Of a stretch of DNA of 32,193 nucleotides, positions 10,410-21,525 are shown one piece after another. Positions within the stretch are counted from its first letter, which is position 1. Each line of letters opens with the position of its first letter. Below the pieces are notes generated by a model. That model was given only the letters and a program-made list of their open reading frames with translations, was not told where the DNA came from and did not search any database. The DNA is from Octopus bimaculoides (Eukaryota): assembly GCF_001194135.2 (NCBI RefSeq), contig NC_068984.1, positions 108,833,617 through 108,865,809 on the forward strand, written 5' to 3'. The position numbers and the translations under genes were made by a program.

Positions 10410-11530
10410 ACTCTTAGAGCATACACCCAAAATAATAAAAGCAAGACAAAACACGTGATGGTTATGACTTGAATGTTTTGGGTTGTTGGTCGTATTAGGT
10501 AGGTAATATTTTCCAGTGGCTGGAAGGTAGGTAGTCTTTCCCTGGCAGACAAATACCAGACCCACCCCATTGAATTATTAGTAAAGTTTACTCCTTAATC
10601 TGTACCTGGATCTAATGGAAAAAAGCGAGTTAACAGAAGGAATTGAACCCTGTAGCACAAGCCTAAAAACAATATGTTAAATTTGAAGCTATAATTTATA
10701 GTGACTTCCTATACTGATAACAAGAGCAAGTTAGAAAACAGAAATAAAAGCAAAACAAAAAACAGAAAGTAAAAAGAAACAAGACAAAAAAGACAGGAGA
10801 GTAGAAAGATGTAAAAGATAGAAAAACGGCCATTTTAGAAAGTATAGTGAAACTGTTGTAGTTGTTGGAAGAACGGTCGCCCAAATTGTAACCCTTGGCA
10901 GAAGCAGAGAATAACAATTTTCAAATGAAAAATATTTAAAAAAGGCCTTGAAATCAGTTTGAAAAGAAAGAACGTTAGTTCGTGGAAGACATTATTCCAA
11001 AATAACAAATGACTTGAGTGAACGAAAAAATAAACATATTTATATGAAATAATAGAACTTCAAAAGGGGAATCGTGGAAAAAGTAAAACAGAATTAATCC
11101 AAATATCAAAATGAAAAGTAATACACAACAATAGGTAGGGGATACATATTTAGGGCACACTAATAAATAAGAGATACAGGGACAAAATGCTATAGAGGAT
11201 GTTATGAGAGTTACATACTCTATAAAAATGTTATTGAGTATGTTATGGGAGATATATGAATGGTGAAAACAGCTCATAGACTGAAACATCCTGAAACTGG
11301 ACACGACAACCACCACTATATAATTTTAATAAGAAAGAAGAAAACATCAATAAGGTATTTAGCAAAAATATTTAATATTCTAATTTAAGTACCAGAAACG
11401 ACAGCAAAATGACTCATTGAAAACAAAAAAAAATCATTCTAACCTTAAAAACTAAAAGAAAAAAAAAAAAACAAGCAGAAAGGAAAAAAGACTTTTGGTA
11501 AAAAATTCCTAAACAAGCGCCTATCTACAC

Positions 11531-11741
11531 TACTCTTTTACTTGTTTCAGTCATTTGACTGCGGCCATGCTGGAGCACCGCCTTTAGTCGAGCAAATCGA
11601 CCCCAGGACTTATTCTTTGGAAGCCAAGTACTTATTCTATCAGTCTCTTTTGCCGAACCGCTAAGTTACGGGGATGTAAACACACTACCATCGGTTGTCA
11701 AGCGATGTTGAGGGGACAAACACAGACACACAAACATATAA

Positions 11742-11777
<36 letters not shown>

Positions 11778-11934
11778 GACGGGCTTCTTTCAGTTTCCGT
11801 CTGCCAAATCCACTCACAAGGCTTTGGTCGGCCCGAGGCTATAGTAGAAGACACTTGCCCAAGTTGCCACGCAGTGGGAATGAACCCGGAACCATGTGGT
11901 TGGTAAGCAAGCTACTTACTACACAGCCACTCCT
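11531..11934 (-). mobile_element. SINE family A, near full length
   Basis: Reverse complement of the 4761-5152 family, with an intact B-box-like GGTTCATTCCC and an internal (CA)n(TA)n. Confidence 0.9.
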
Positions 11935-12806
11935 AAAGAATAAATTTACACTTATTAGAAAGTAAAGTATTCTTTTGGTAGAGGAGTAGAAAAAATCTGA
12001 ACATTTTTCTATGATTTAAGCCAGCGACAAGTAAGCAAAACGATAACTGAAAATTGCAGGAAGAGAGTAAGGAATTTGAGAATGGTATGGAAACGTTAAC
12101 TACGTATAAATTTGAACTATCAAGAATTGCTTAATATCAATAACAGTGAAAGCTAATGAAATGTCCTGAAGCCACAATATTAAGTAAATAATTCATGAGA
12201 TACGAGACAAATGGTATACCTTATGTTATATTTGTATATAAATATCATAATATTGACTTCTAAGTAAACCTAGTTCTCACCTAACTACCACACACTGAGA
12301 AAATACGATGAGTTTGAAAATATCCCTAGTAACATCAAACTAATGAGAAGGAGATTAAGTCTACGATATCGTCTGTAATAATTTTAGAATATAATCCGAT
12401 ATTGATGAGTGGGTTTAAGTCGGAGTGAGGCAATTTGGCGCAGCTGCTTGGATGCAGATGATTTGGCACGTCTGACAGGAAATTCAGTCTGTTTTGGCGA
12501 AGTGCAAAAAATTGTTTTATCTTGTACGTCACACGTATCACAAGTATTGAGAAGATTGTCGTCATGTCAATTTTTTTCTACATAACTTTATTTGCTTTTG
12601 TAAATGAACAATCTGGTGTGCTTAGTTTAATGGCCTTTCAATGTATGTAGTGAATTTCTTTGCTCTAGGTGTCGGGAAAACACTCAGCAAGAAATGGAAA
12701 CAAAATTGAAAAAAAATTTCATTATAATAATGATGGTGGTGATGATGATGATGACGATGGTAATGATTTCTTACATAACGGAAGGTATCAAATTTTGGGG
12801 AGCCAC

Positions 12807-12970
12807 TCGACTGCTTTGACCTCTGCATTTAACTTGTCATTATGTTATCAAGTCGGGAAGAATGAAATGCAAAAGTCGACCACGGTGGGATTTGAACTCA
12901 GAACGTAAAGAGTTGTAGCTTAAGCCAAGCATTTTGTCCGACGCTTTAACGATTCTTCCAATCCACAGGC
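12807..12970 (-). mobile_element. SINE family B, degenerate
   Basis: AAAAGTCGACCACGGTGGGATTTGAACTCAGAACGTAAAG...AAGCATTTTGTCCGACGCTTTAACGATTCT. Confidence 0.7.
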
Positions 12971-12983
12971 TTTTGCTAATCTA

Positions 12984-13205
12984 AATAATCCTTTCTACTA
13001 TAGGCATATGGCCTGAAATTTTGTGAGAGGACGGCTAGTTGATTATTACATCGACCCCAGTTCTTAACTGGTACTTATTTTATCGACCCTAAGAGAATGA
13101 AAGGAAAAGTCGACCTCGGCGGAACTCAAACTCAGAACGTACAGGCGGACGAAATGCCGCTAAGCATTTCGTCCTGCGTGTTAACGAGTCTGCCTGCTCG
13201 CCGCC
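12984..13205 (-). mobile_element. SINE family B, full length
   Basis: Tail ATCCTTTCTACTATAGGCA, core AACTGGTACTTATTTTATCGACCC...GAAAAGTCGACCTCGGCGG, head ending CTCGCCGCC. Confidence 0.9.
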
Positions 13206-13284
13206 TATTTGCTGATCCAAACAATAATAAGGACGATGACTTACCACTGTCATCTACAGTAGCATCAAGGAAGACTCTACGCGG

Positions 13285-13497
13285 TCACTCTACAGCTAAA
13301 AATAACAACTAAATCTCTCTCAGATGATGCCTTTAACAGAAGAAATACTAAAAATGTGACTCTATTCATGATGTGTTTTCCAGTACTCTGAAAATGTAAT
13401 TTTTGATGTGCAAAACGATAAAGTCACGTCTGGAAGGTCTTTGATCACAATTTTGTTTGATTAAGGCCCCCCTGGGGTTAAACAACAACATCAACAT
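13285..13497 (+). mobile_element. Interspersed repeat family F ending in (CAA)n
   Basis: AAAAATAACAACTAAATCTCTCTC...GTCACGTCTGGAAGGTCTTTGATCAC...CTGGGGTTAAACAACAAC. Confidence 0.5.
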
Positions 13498-13498
13498 C

Positions 13499-13905
13499 AT
13501 AATCCTTTCTAACAATTACAGAAACCCCATCCAATTTTGGGATAAAGGCGCAATCGGCCCCAATACTTGGTCCTTACTTACCGAACCCTTAAGGATGAAA
13601 TTTAAAGTTGACTTCCGTTGGATCTGAACTCAGAACTAAAGGGATGTAACAAAATACCACAAGTCCGACGCTTTAACAATTTTACAATCTTGAATACAAT
13701 AGTAATATTAACAATAATAGATTTTCCTACAGGCACAAGGCCAAAAATTATAGGCAAAGAGAAAAGGTAAATTATATTGATCCCAGTATTTGTGTGATAG
13801 TTTATTTTATTGACCAAATAAGGACGAAATGTGAAGATGACACCTCTGGGTTTTGAACTCAGAACACGTTGTTCAGACCAGTGCTCTACCAATTCTATTA
13901 TCTTC
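13499..13905 (-). mobile_element. Two degenerate SINE family B copies (about 13499-13690 and 13713-13905)
   Basis: Each has the tail ATCCTTTCT or ACAGGCACAAGGCC, an AGGATGAAA-like core and a TGAACTCAGAAC B-box motif. Confidence 0.7.
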
Positions 13906-14101
13906 TACTCTTAATATAATGGTAATAAAAGATCTTAGCCGTCACTCGCAAGAGAGTAAGTCTTAGTATAATAGCTTGTACCACTTTTGCTCTAATTGTT
14001 TTAGATATCTATGTAGTTGAGGGTGGGTATAGAGACCCTCTTAATCATTTCATTCTTGACTCAATGGGACACGAGTATATTATAGCTGGAGGAAGATAGA
14101 A

Positions 14102-14259
14102 AGCTATATCAGCACGTAATCATTTTCAGCTGAGTAAACAAAAGTAACACGAAATGAAGAGCCTTGTTCAAGAATACAAAGTACAATCCGGTCCTGGAAT
14201 TGAATCTATGACCTTGCGTTCACGAGCTCAACTTCTTAAACTCTACACCACGCGCCTTC
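14102..14259 (-). mobile_element. Degenerate CORE-type SINE (head and core)
   Basis: TTTTCAGCTGAGTAAAC...CACGAAATGAAGAGCCTTGTTCAAGAA...CCGGTCCTGGAATTGAA...CCACGCGCCTTC. Confidence 0.7.
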
Positions 14260-14648
14260 ACATATAACGGTATAAAGAAAAATAATTATTATTATCATAA
14301 CCACCACAACCTTCCACTCCATAATAACAACAATAACAACGCTTAATGCAAATAGAAATGTATTTATTTATTTATTTATTTGTATTTTCTATTCACTGCT
14401 GCACTCTGCGTCTTGGTCGGAGTATTCATCGAATTTTCGAGATCGCTGATTTACACAGAGGCTGTGAACTACATCCGCATAGACGGAACTTCTTTTTCTA
14501 CGACAAACCCCCCAACCATCCTTGCCTCTCTCCATAAAAAAACAAAAACAAAAACATCAACAACTATAAATTAACAAAAAACCTCCTTAAACATTTATAT
14601 ACACAAAATAATAAAACAAAAAAACTCTGCCTAAACCAAATGTGATGT

Positions 14649-14786
14649 TATGGCGGTATGTGTGAAGGACAGCGAGATGTTTCAGCCATTTAGATGCGTC
14701 TCTTAACTTCCGGTGTATAGGAGAAGCCATTACAAAGCAATATGCTCTTGCTTTTATTGGCTCCAACCGCCACATTCCCGCCCAAA
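14649..14786. promoter_or_regulatory. Candidate TATA-less promoter motif cluster (YY1-like, ETS, CCAAT, E2F/GC box)
   Basis: ATGGCGG at 14650, CAGCCATTT at 14683, ACTTCCGG at 14706, ATTGG at 14756 and TTCCCGCCCAAA at 14775, all within about 140 bp of non-repeat DNA. Confidence 0.3.
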
Positions 14787-14875
14787 GACTTGCTCTTAGT
14801 CTTCTAATCGTTCAGTATTCATGTCAACTTGATTGTCATATGAAACCATGATAATGGCTTCATAATGATGTGTAC

Positions 14876-14878
<3 letters not shown>

Positions 14879-14916
<38 letters not shown>

Positions 14917-15104
14917 AAAGGAGAGAGAGTGTGTGTGTGTGTGTGTGTCAGAGTGAGATAGAGAGAATGAGAGTGTAAGGGAGTCAGAGAAAAGAAGAAA
15001 CAGTTGTGTGTGTATGTGTGTGTGAGAGAGAGGAAGTGAGAGATGGGGAGAGAAGGAGAGAGGGAGAGAGAGAAAAGAGAAAAGAAAAAGAATGAGAAAT
15101 TATT

Positions 15105-15146
<42 letters not shown>

Positions 15147-15320
15147 TGAGAGAACTGTTGTGTGAGGACGTGAGGAAGAATGTATGAAGTGAGAACTGAA
15201 AAGGGTGAAAAAAAAAGGATAATGTAAGAGATAGATAGAGAGATGGACAGATAGATGAATAGAGAAAGAGAAAAAAAGAGAAGGGGTAAGAAGAGAGGGT
15301 AAGAGAGAATAAAGAGAAGC
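14879..15320. repeat. (GA)n/(GT)n polypurine-rich tract
   Basis: Directly visible. Confidence 0.95.
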
Positions 15321-15595
15321 AGTGATCGGGAGAGTATCACGTGGTGTGCAAACGCAAACATGTGCACAAATGTGTGCTCCCCTAGCCACATTCATAAAAC
15401 CGACGCGCACATCAGACATACGCGAGTACACATATACAGGACAGAAGCTATACGCATATTCTTGTGTCTGAGCAGTACCTGAGTTGGGAGACAAAGTAAT
15501 TTCAAGGCCAAGACAATTGACGTTCAACTGGCAAAGTCCTTCTTCATGGGAAAATGATTCCCCGGGTTATATGACTTCTATAAAACAAGTAGTAA

Positions 15596-15651
15596 TAATT
15601 CTTTCTACTATAAGCACAAGGCCTGAAATGTTTTTTTTTTGGGGGGGGGGG
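15596..15651 (-). mobile_element. SINE family B 3' tail running into gap
   Basis: TTCTTTCTACTATAAGCACAAGGCCTGAAAT...GGGGG. Confidence 0.7.
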
Positions 15652-16152
15652 NNNNNNNNNNNNNNNNNNNNNNNNNNNNNNNNNNNNNNNNNNNNNNNNN
15701 NNNNNNNNNNNNNNNNNNNNNNNNNNNNNNNNNNNNNNNNNNNNNNNNNNNNNNNNNNNNNNNNNNNNNNNNNNNNNNNNNNNNNNNNNNNNNNNNNNNN
15801 NNNNNNNNNNNNNNNNNNNNNNNNNNNNNNNNNNNNNNNNNNNNNNNNNNNNNNNNNNNNNNNNNNNNNNNNNNNNNNNNNNNNNNNNNNNNNNNNNNNN
15901 NNNNNNNNNNNNNNNNNNNNNNNNNNNNNNNNNNNNNNNNNNNNNNNNNNNNNNNNNNNNNNNNNNNNNNNNNNNNNNNNNNNNNNNNNNNNNNNNNNNN
16001 NNNNNNNNNNNNNNNNNNNNNNNNNNNNNNNNNNNNNNNNNNNNNNNNNNNNNNNNNNNNNNNNNNNNNNNNNNNNNNNNNNNNNNNNNNNNNNNNNNNN
16101 NNNNNNNNNNNNNNNNNNNNNNNNNNNNNNNNNNNNNNNNNNNNNNNNNNNN

Positions 16153-16905
16153 GATTAAATAAGTACCAGTTACGCACTGGGGGTCAATATAATCGACTTA
16201 ATTCGTTTGTCTATCCTTGTTTGTCCCCTCTGTGTGTAGCCCCTTGTGGGCAGTAAAGAAATAAGAAACGTTAGCACGCCGGGCGAAATGCTTAGCGACA
16301 TTTCGTCTGCCGTTACGTTCTGAGGTCAAATTCCGCCGAGGTCGACTTTGCCTTTCATCCTTTCGGGGTCGATTAGTACCAGTTACGCACTGAGGTCGAT
16401 TTAATCGACTTAATCCCTTTGTCTGTCCTTGTTTGTCCCTCTATGTTTAGCCCCTTGTGGGCAATAAAGAAATAAGAATCGTTGGCACAACGTGCAAAAT
16501 AAAGGCATTTCGTCTGTCTTCACGTTCTGCGTTCAAATTCCGCCGAGGTCGACATTGCCTTTCAACCTTCTCGGGTTCGCTAGAATATGAACCATTGAAC
16601 TCTGTCGATCGATGTAATCGATTTATTTACCGTCTCTTAGAAATTGCTTGCCTTGTGCCAAAATTTGAACCTGTTATTATTAAGGCGGTGAGCTGGCAGA
16701 ATCGTTAGCACACAGGGTAAAACACTAGTGACATTTCACTCGTGTTTATGTTCTGAGTTTAGAATTCGCCAAGGTCGACTTTACCTTTCATTTTTTCGGG
16801 ATCAATAAAATAAGTACCAGTTGAGCACTGGGAATCGGTATAATCGACTTTCACCCTCTCCAGAACTTGTTGGCCTTGTGCCAAAATTTGAAACGAATAA
16901 TACTA
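16153..16905 (+). mobile_element. Head-to-tail array of at least four SINE family B units
   Basis: Unit boundaries near 16260, 16470 and 16683. The two inner units start at AGAAACGTTAGC/AGAATCGTTGGC and lack the first 14 nt. The last unit starts with a complete GGCGGTGAGCTGGCAGAATCG head. Confidence 0.9.
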
Positions 16906-17079
16906 TGACATCTACAAGTGATGTGTTGGCTTTAAGTACTCGGTTCACTTTCTATCCAAGAAAGTTCACTGCTATTGACTGCTGCCTTATTCACCGAAAA
17001 GATATTTTCCCCTTTATCTGTTTAAGGCCACGACGAACTGAATATAATATGTACCGCATTAGTAGTCAGCAGATTAATG

Positions 17080-17795
17080 CAGGGTCCGCCATAAATAACT
17101 ATATATTTTCTTTTGCTTGTAACTTATTCAATTTCTCTATTTCGTATGTCATTTGAAAGCTGAAATCTTATATTTTTATTCCCCCCCCCCTTATTTCAGA
17201 TATACTGTTATATCGATTATGTCTACCCGATTAACAAAAGAGCAAAAGACTGCGGTTTTGAAATGGTTCTGCACAAAGTTATCTGGCAGCTCGAATTTGT
17301 TCCTTAAGTTCAGCAATGTTACGGGGCTTTGTTGAGTAGACTTTCTCTTTGAGAACACCCCACAAGAAAAAGTCCGGTGGGGTCAAATCCGGCGAACAAG
17401 ACGGCCACTCAAGCGGTCCGCGCCTGCCAATCCATCGACAGGGCAGGTTGGCGTCCAGCCAGTCTCGCACAAGCGTAGTATAATGGGCCGGTGCCCCGTT
17501 CTGCTGAAAGTGCAGACCCTCTGCTCCATCCTGCTGTTGTAATAACGGCAAAAGCAGCTTCTGTAGCATAGCCAGATAACTTTGTGCAGAACCATTTCCA
17601 AACCGCAATCTTTTGCTCTTTTGTTAATTGGGTGGGCATAATCGATATAACAGTATATCTGAAATAAGGGGGTGGAGGAAAGAAATAAAAATATAAGATT
17701 TCAGCTTTCAAATGACATACGAAATAGAAAAATTGAATAAGTATCAACAAAGTTATAAGCAAAAGAAAATATATAGTTACTTATGGCGGACCCTG
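17080..17795 (-). mobile_element. Non-autonomous DD41D Tc1/mariner derivative with about 210-bp inverted arms
   Basis: Termini CAGGGTCCGCCATAA and TTATGGCGGACCCTG, with TA on the right and TG on the left. Arms 17080-17287 and 17571-17795 are reverse complements. The core encodes HFQQNGAPAHY...WPSCSPDLTPPDFFLWGVLKEKVY with 41-residue spacing. Confidence 0.92.
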
Positions 17796-17842
17796 TAAAA
17801 GAAGAAAAAAGAAAAAGAAAACGTGTTTGTGTTAGTAATATA

Positions 17843-18345
17843 CGAGGGGAGATAACTAACTGACTACAGCGCACTATTAACTGACCACAACGCACTTTTT
17901 GCCCTATTGGTAGAGGTAATGCGTATGCATCATTAGACATGGTCACCTTGTTTTTGCTCATTATGATGCAAGTTAAAATATCAGTTAAGTTGCTGTTGTT
18001 GTTGAGACCCTTCTGTTTTTTGTTTGTTTTAAAGTAGAGCAGCGGTCAATGATACGCTTTCTGCAAATAAAATGTACCTGGGGCTAAAATACACAAAGTC
18101 TTTCAGCAAAGGCTGTTTGCAAATGAATTGAAATAATTCAACGTTGGTTGTACAAGTTTCATGCATTATGAACTGGCAGGTGGGGAGGGGATTCGACGAT
18201 ATCCCAAATGAATCTGTGTGACATAGCTAGCTTTACTGAACAGACAGATAACTATCATTGATTGATGAAGCGGCAAGTATGCAAATTAGTCATGGTTCTG
18301 GCAGTGAAATCCACCGTAACGGATCTGGCTATGGTTAAACGACAA
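17843..18345 (+). mobile_element. Degenerate mariner (Mos1-like) 5' end with transposase HTH remnant
   Basis: Starts TA|CGAGGGG. Frameshifted peptides EQRSMIRFL, VPGAKIHK, IQRWLYKF and IDEAASMQISHGSGSEIH resemble mariner N-termini (EQRSVIRFL...GAEIH...IDEVA..LQISHGSAYEI). Confidence 0.6.
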
Positions 18346-18521
18346 GTTTAATTGGTGTTTTATGTTCGAACCTTCAGGGTAGTGGCGAGAGGAAGATCAC
18401 ATCTTGTAATGTCCCAGTAACTAATTTCCCTCGCAATAAGAGGGGAAAAAACCAACTCTAAAATAAGACAAGACATTAGACCGTTAGTGAATTGCGAATA
18501 ATTGATATCTTCCAACCTATG

Positions 18522-18568
<47 letters not shown>

Positions 18569-19019
18569 NNNNNNNNNNNNNNNNNNNNNNNNNNNNNNNN
18601 NNNNNNNNNNNNNNNNNNNNNNNNNNNNNNNNNNNNNNNNNNNNNNNNNNNNNNNNNNNNNNNNNNNNNNNNNNNNNNNNNNNNNNNNNNNNNNNNNNNN
18701 NNNNNNNNNNNNNNNNNNNNNNNNNNNNNNNNNNNNNNNNNNNNNNNNNNNNNNNNNNNNNNNNNNNNNNNNNNNNNNNNNNNNNNNNNNNNNNNNNNNN
18801 NNNNNNNNNNNNNNNNNNNNNNNNNNNNNNNNNNNNNNNNNNNNNNNNNNNNNNNNNNNNNNNNNNNNNNNNNNNNNNNNNNNNNNNNNNNNNNNNNNNN
18901 NNNNNNNNNNNNNNNNNNNNNNNNNNNNNNNNNNNNNNNNNNNNNNNNNNNNNNNNNNNNNNNNNNNNNNNNNNNNNNNNNNNNNNNNNNNNNNNNNNNN
19001 NNNNNNNNNNNNNNNNNNN

Positions 19020-19084
<65 letters not shown>

Positions 19085-19735
19085 TATACATATATATATA
19101 CATATACATATATATATCTATATCTATATATGTGTGTGTTATGCTCTGTAGGTAGATATGTAAGCGTGTGAGAGTGTGCGCGTGTGTATGTATGTGTGCG
19201 CGTGTGCATGTGTGTGTTGCACACTGGAGCTCTGAAGAGGTAGCCATTAACCGCAGTTTCGGTTACTTGGTTTGGTAACATGCACATTGCTTTCGCAAAT
19301 TGCTCTTTCGGCTATCGCTCCTTTACAAAGAATTTTAAGAAATAATTATATTTCCTTATTATTCCTGTTATCATAATATTCTGTGGCGGCGAACTATATA
19401 GAGCCAAAAAAAATATAGATTCTGAGGAAATAAATCTTTGATTCAATTTCAATTTCCTGGAACCGCTCTTCGATTTCATTTACGCCATAGTTATTCTTGG
19501 CAAATACATGAAAGTCAGAAGACCACAACCAATCTTTCTAAACCCTTAAGACAATTTTTAATTAATCCTATATATTAAAGTGTTTATGGTTTCATTTAAA
19601 AACAATTTGGCAGTTGTTACTCCTCAAGAAAACATATAGCTCTATCAACTGTACAAGCATGATTTCGATTGAATTAGGTCTTAACAGCCTCGGTTGTGTT
19701 ACAAAGTCTCCATCCAACACTATTTGCTAAGTCTA

Positions 19736-19968
19736 TTGTTGTTGTTGTTGTTGGCACTCCGTCGCTTACGACGTCGAGGGTTCCAGTTCATCCGATCAAC
19801 GGAACAGCCTGCTCGTGAAATTAACGTGCAAGGGGCTAACCACTCCACTGACACGTGTACCCTTAACGTAGTTCTCGGGGAGATTCAGCGTGACACAGTG
19901 TGACAAGGCTGACCCTTTGAATTACAGGCACAACAGAAACAGGAAGTAAGAGTGAGAGAAAGTTGTGG
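19736..19968 (-). mobile_element. SINE family C 3' part; runs into gap
   Basis: (GTT)n tail followed by GGCACTCCGTCGCTTACGACGTCGAGGG, as in the other family C copies. Confidence 0.9.
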
Positions 19969-20499
19969 NNNNNNNNNNNNNNNNNNNNNNNNNNNNNNNN
20001 NNNNNNNNNNNNNNNNNNNNNNNNNNNNNNNNNNNNNNNNNNNNNNNNNNNNNNNNNNNNNNNNNNNNNNNNNNNNNNNNNNNNNNNNNNNNNNNNNNNN
20101 NNNNNNNNNNNNNNNNNNNNNNNNNNNNNNNNNNNNNNNNNNNNNNNNNNNNNNNNNNNNNNNNNNNNNNNNNNNNNNNNNNNNNNNNNNNNNNNNNNNN
20201 NNNNNNNNNNNNNNNNNNNNNNNNNNNNNNNNNNNNNNNNNNNNNNNNNNNNNNNNNNNNNNNNNNNNNNNNNNNNNNNNNNNNNNNNNNNNNNNNNNNN
20301 NNNNNNNNNNNNNNNNNNNNNNNNNNNNNNNNNNNNNNNNNNNNNNNNNNNNNNNNNNNNNNNNNNNNNNNNNNNNNNNNNNNNNNNNNNNNNNNNNNNN
20401 NNNNNNNNNNNNNNNNNNNNNNNNNNNNNNNNNNNNNNNNNNNNNNNNNNNNNNNNNNNNNNNNNNNNNNNNNNNNNNNNNTTTACTTACAATAATCCC

Positions 20500-21525
20500 A
20501 AAACGGAAGTTGCTAGAATAAATACTGCAAGGCATTTTCTGACGGTTTAACGGTTCTGCAAATTTGCCACTTTAAATAATCCTTTCTACTATAGGCACAA
20601 GGCCTGAAATCTTGGGGGAACGGAGCTAGTCAATTTCAAGGATACCCAGTTCTGGACTGGTACTTATTTCATCGATCTCGAAAGGATGAAAGGTAATGTC
20701 AACCTCGGCAGAATTCGAACTCAGAACATAAAGACAGATGAAATGCCACTAATAGTTTTGTCCAGTGTGCTAACAATTCTGTCAGTTCACCGTCTTTGGT
20801 TTCAAATTTTGGCACAAAGATGGTAATTTTAGAGGTGGGTACAAGTCGATTACATCGACCCCACTGTTCAATTGGTACTTATCGACTCTTAAATGGTGAA
20901 AGGCAAAGTCGACCTCGGCGGTATTTGAACTCATAACCTATATATTACTAAAACATCTTCCTACCTACTTACCTTTTATATCAAGTTCAAGAAATTTTAT
21001 TCGAAAAAAGCAACGAAACTTTGTACTTACATAAAAGTTTATATGAAAGGAACAGTATAAATTCATTTAAATGAAATATTATAAAATTTTGGCACAAGAC
21101 CAGCAATTTCGATGGTGGGCAGAAGTCGATTACATAACTGGTACTTATTTCATCGACCCAGCAAGGATGAAAGACAATGTTGACCTTAAAAGGATGGAAG
21201 ACAGAGTTGACCTCGACGGCATTTGAACTCAGAATGTGAAGTTGGAAGAAATGCCGCTCAGCGTTTTCCTGGTGCAGTAACGATTGTGCCAGCTCGCCGC
21301 TCTATTTAAATGAAATTTTGGTTTCAATTTTTGGCACAAGGCCAGCAATTTCAGGGTTGGGTGAAGTCGAATTCACCGACCCCAGCGATCAACTGGTACT
21401 TATTTTATCGAAAGGATGAAAAGCAAAGTCCACCTCGGCGGAAGTTGAACTCAAAACATAAAACTGGCCAAATGTCGCTAAGCATTTTGGCCGGCGTGCT
21501 AACGATTCTGTCATCTTGCCGCCTT
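20500..21525 (-). mobile_element. Chain of about five co-oriented SINE family B copies and fragments
   Basis: Tails at 20578 (CCTTTCTACTATAGGCACAAGGCC), 20797, 21085 and 21322 (TTTCAA(A)TTTTGGCACAAG). Cores and heads with GTCGACCTCGGC and TGAACTCA. Confidence 0.85.

Noticed and set aside
12286-12470. Minus-strand ORF/exon candidate (12335-12565 ORF)
   Set aside because: All frames hit stops before the GTGAGA donor, and there is no recognisable domain.
13245-13295. 51-nt minus-strand exon candidate (TTTTTAG| ... |GTAAGT)
   Set aside because: All three frames contain stops, and the acceptor overlaps repeat family F.
15479-15577. 99-nt minus-strand exon candidate (TTTTATAG| ... CAG|GTACTG)
   Set aside because: There are stops in all three frames.
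16153-16905. Repeat array as a possible CRISPR
   Set aside because: Units are about 200-bp SINE copies with no unique spacers, in a eukaryotic context with no cas genes.
19225-19275. Possible hammerhead ribozyme (CTGAAGA, GGT...ACC stem; GAAAC on the opposite strand)
   Set aside because: GAAA is missing after stem II on the same strand. Even assuming a loop micro-inversion, stem I does not pair.
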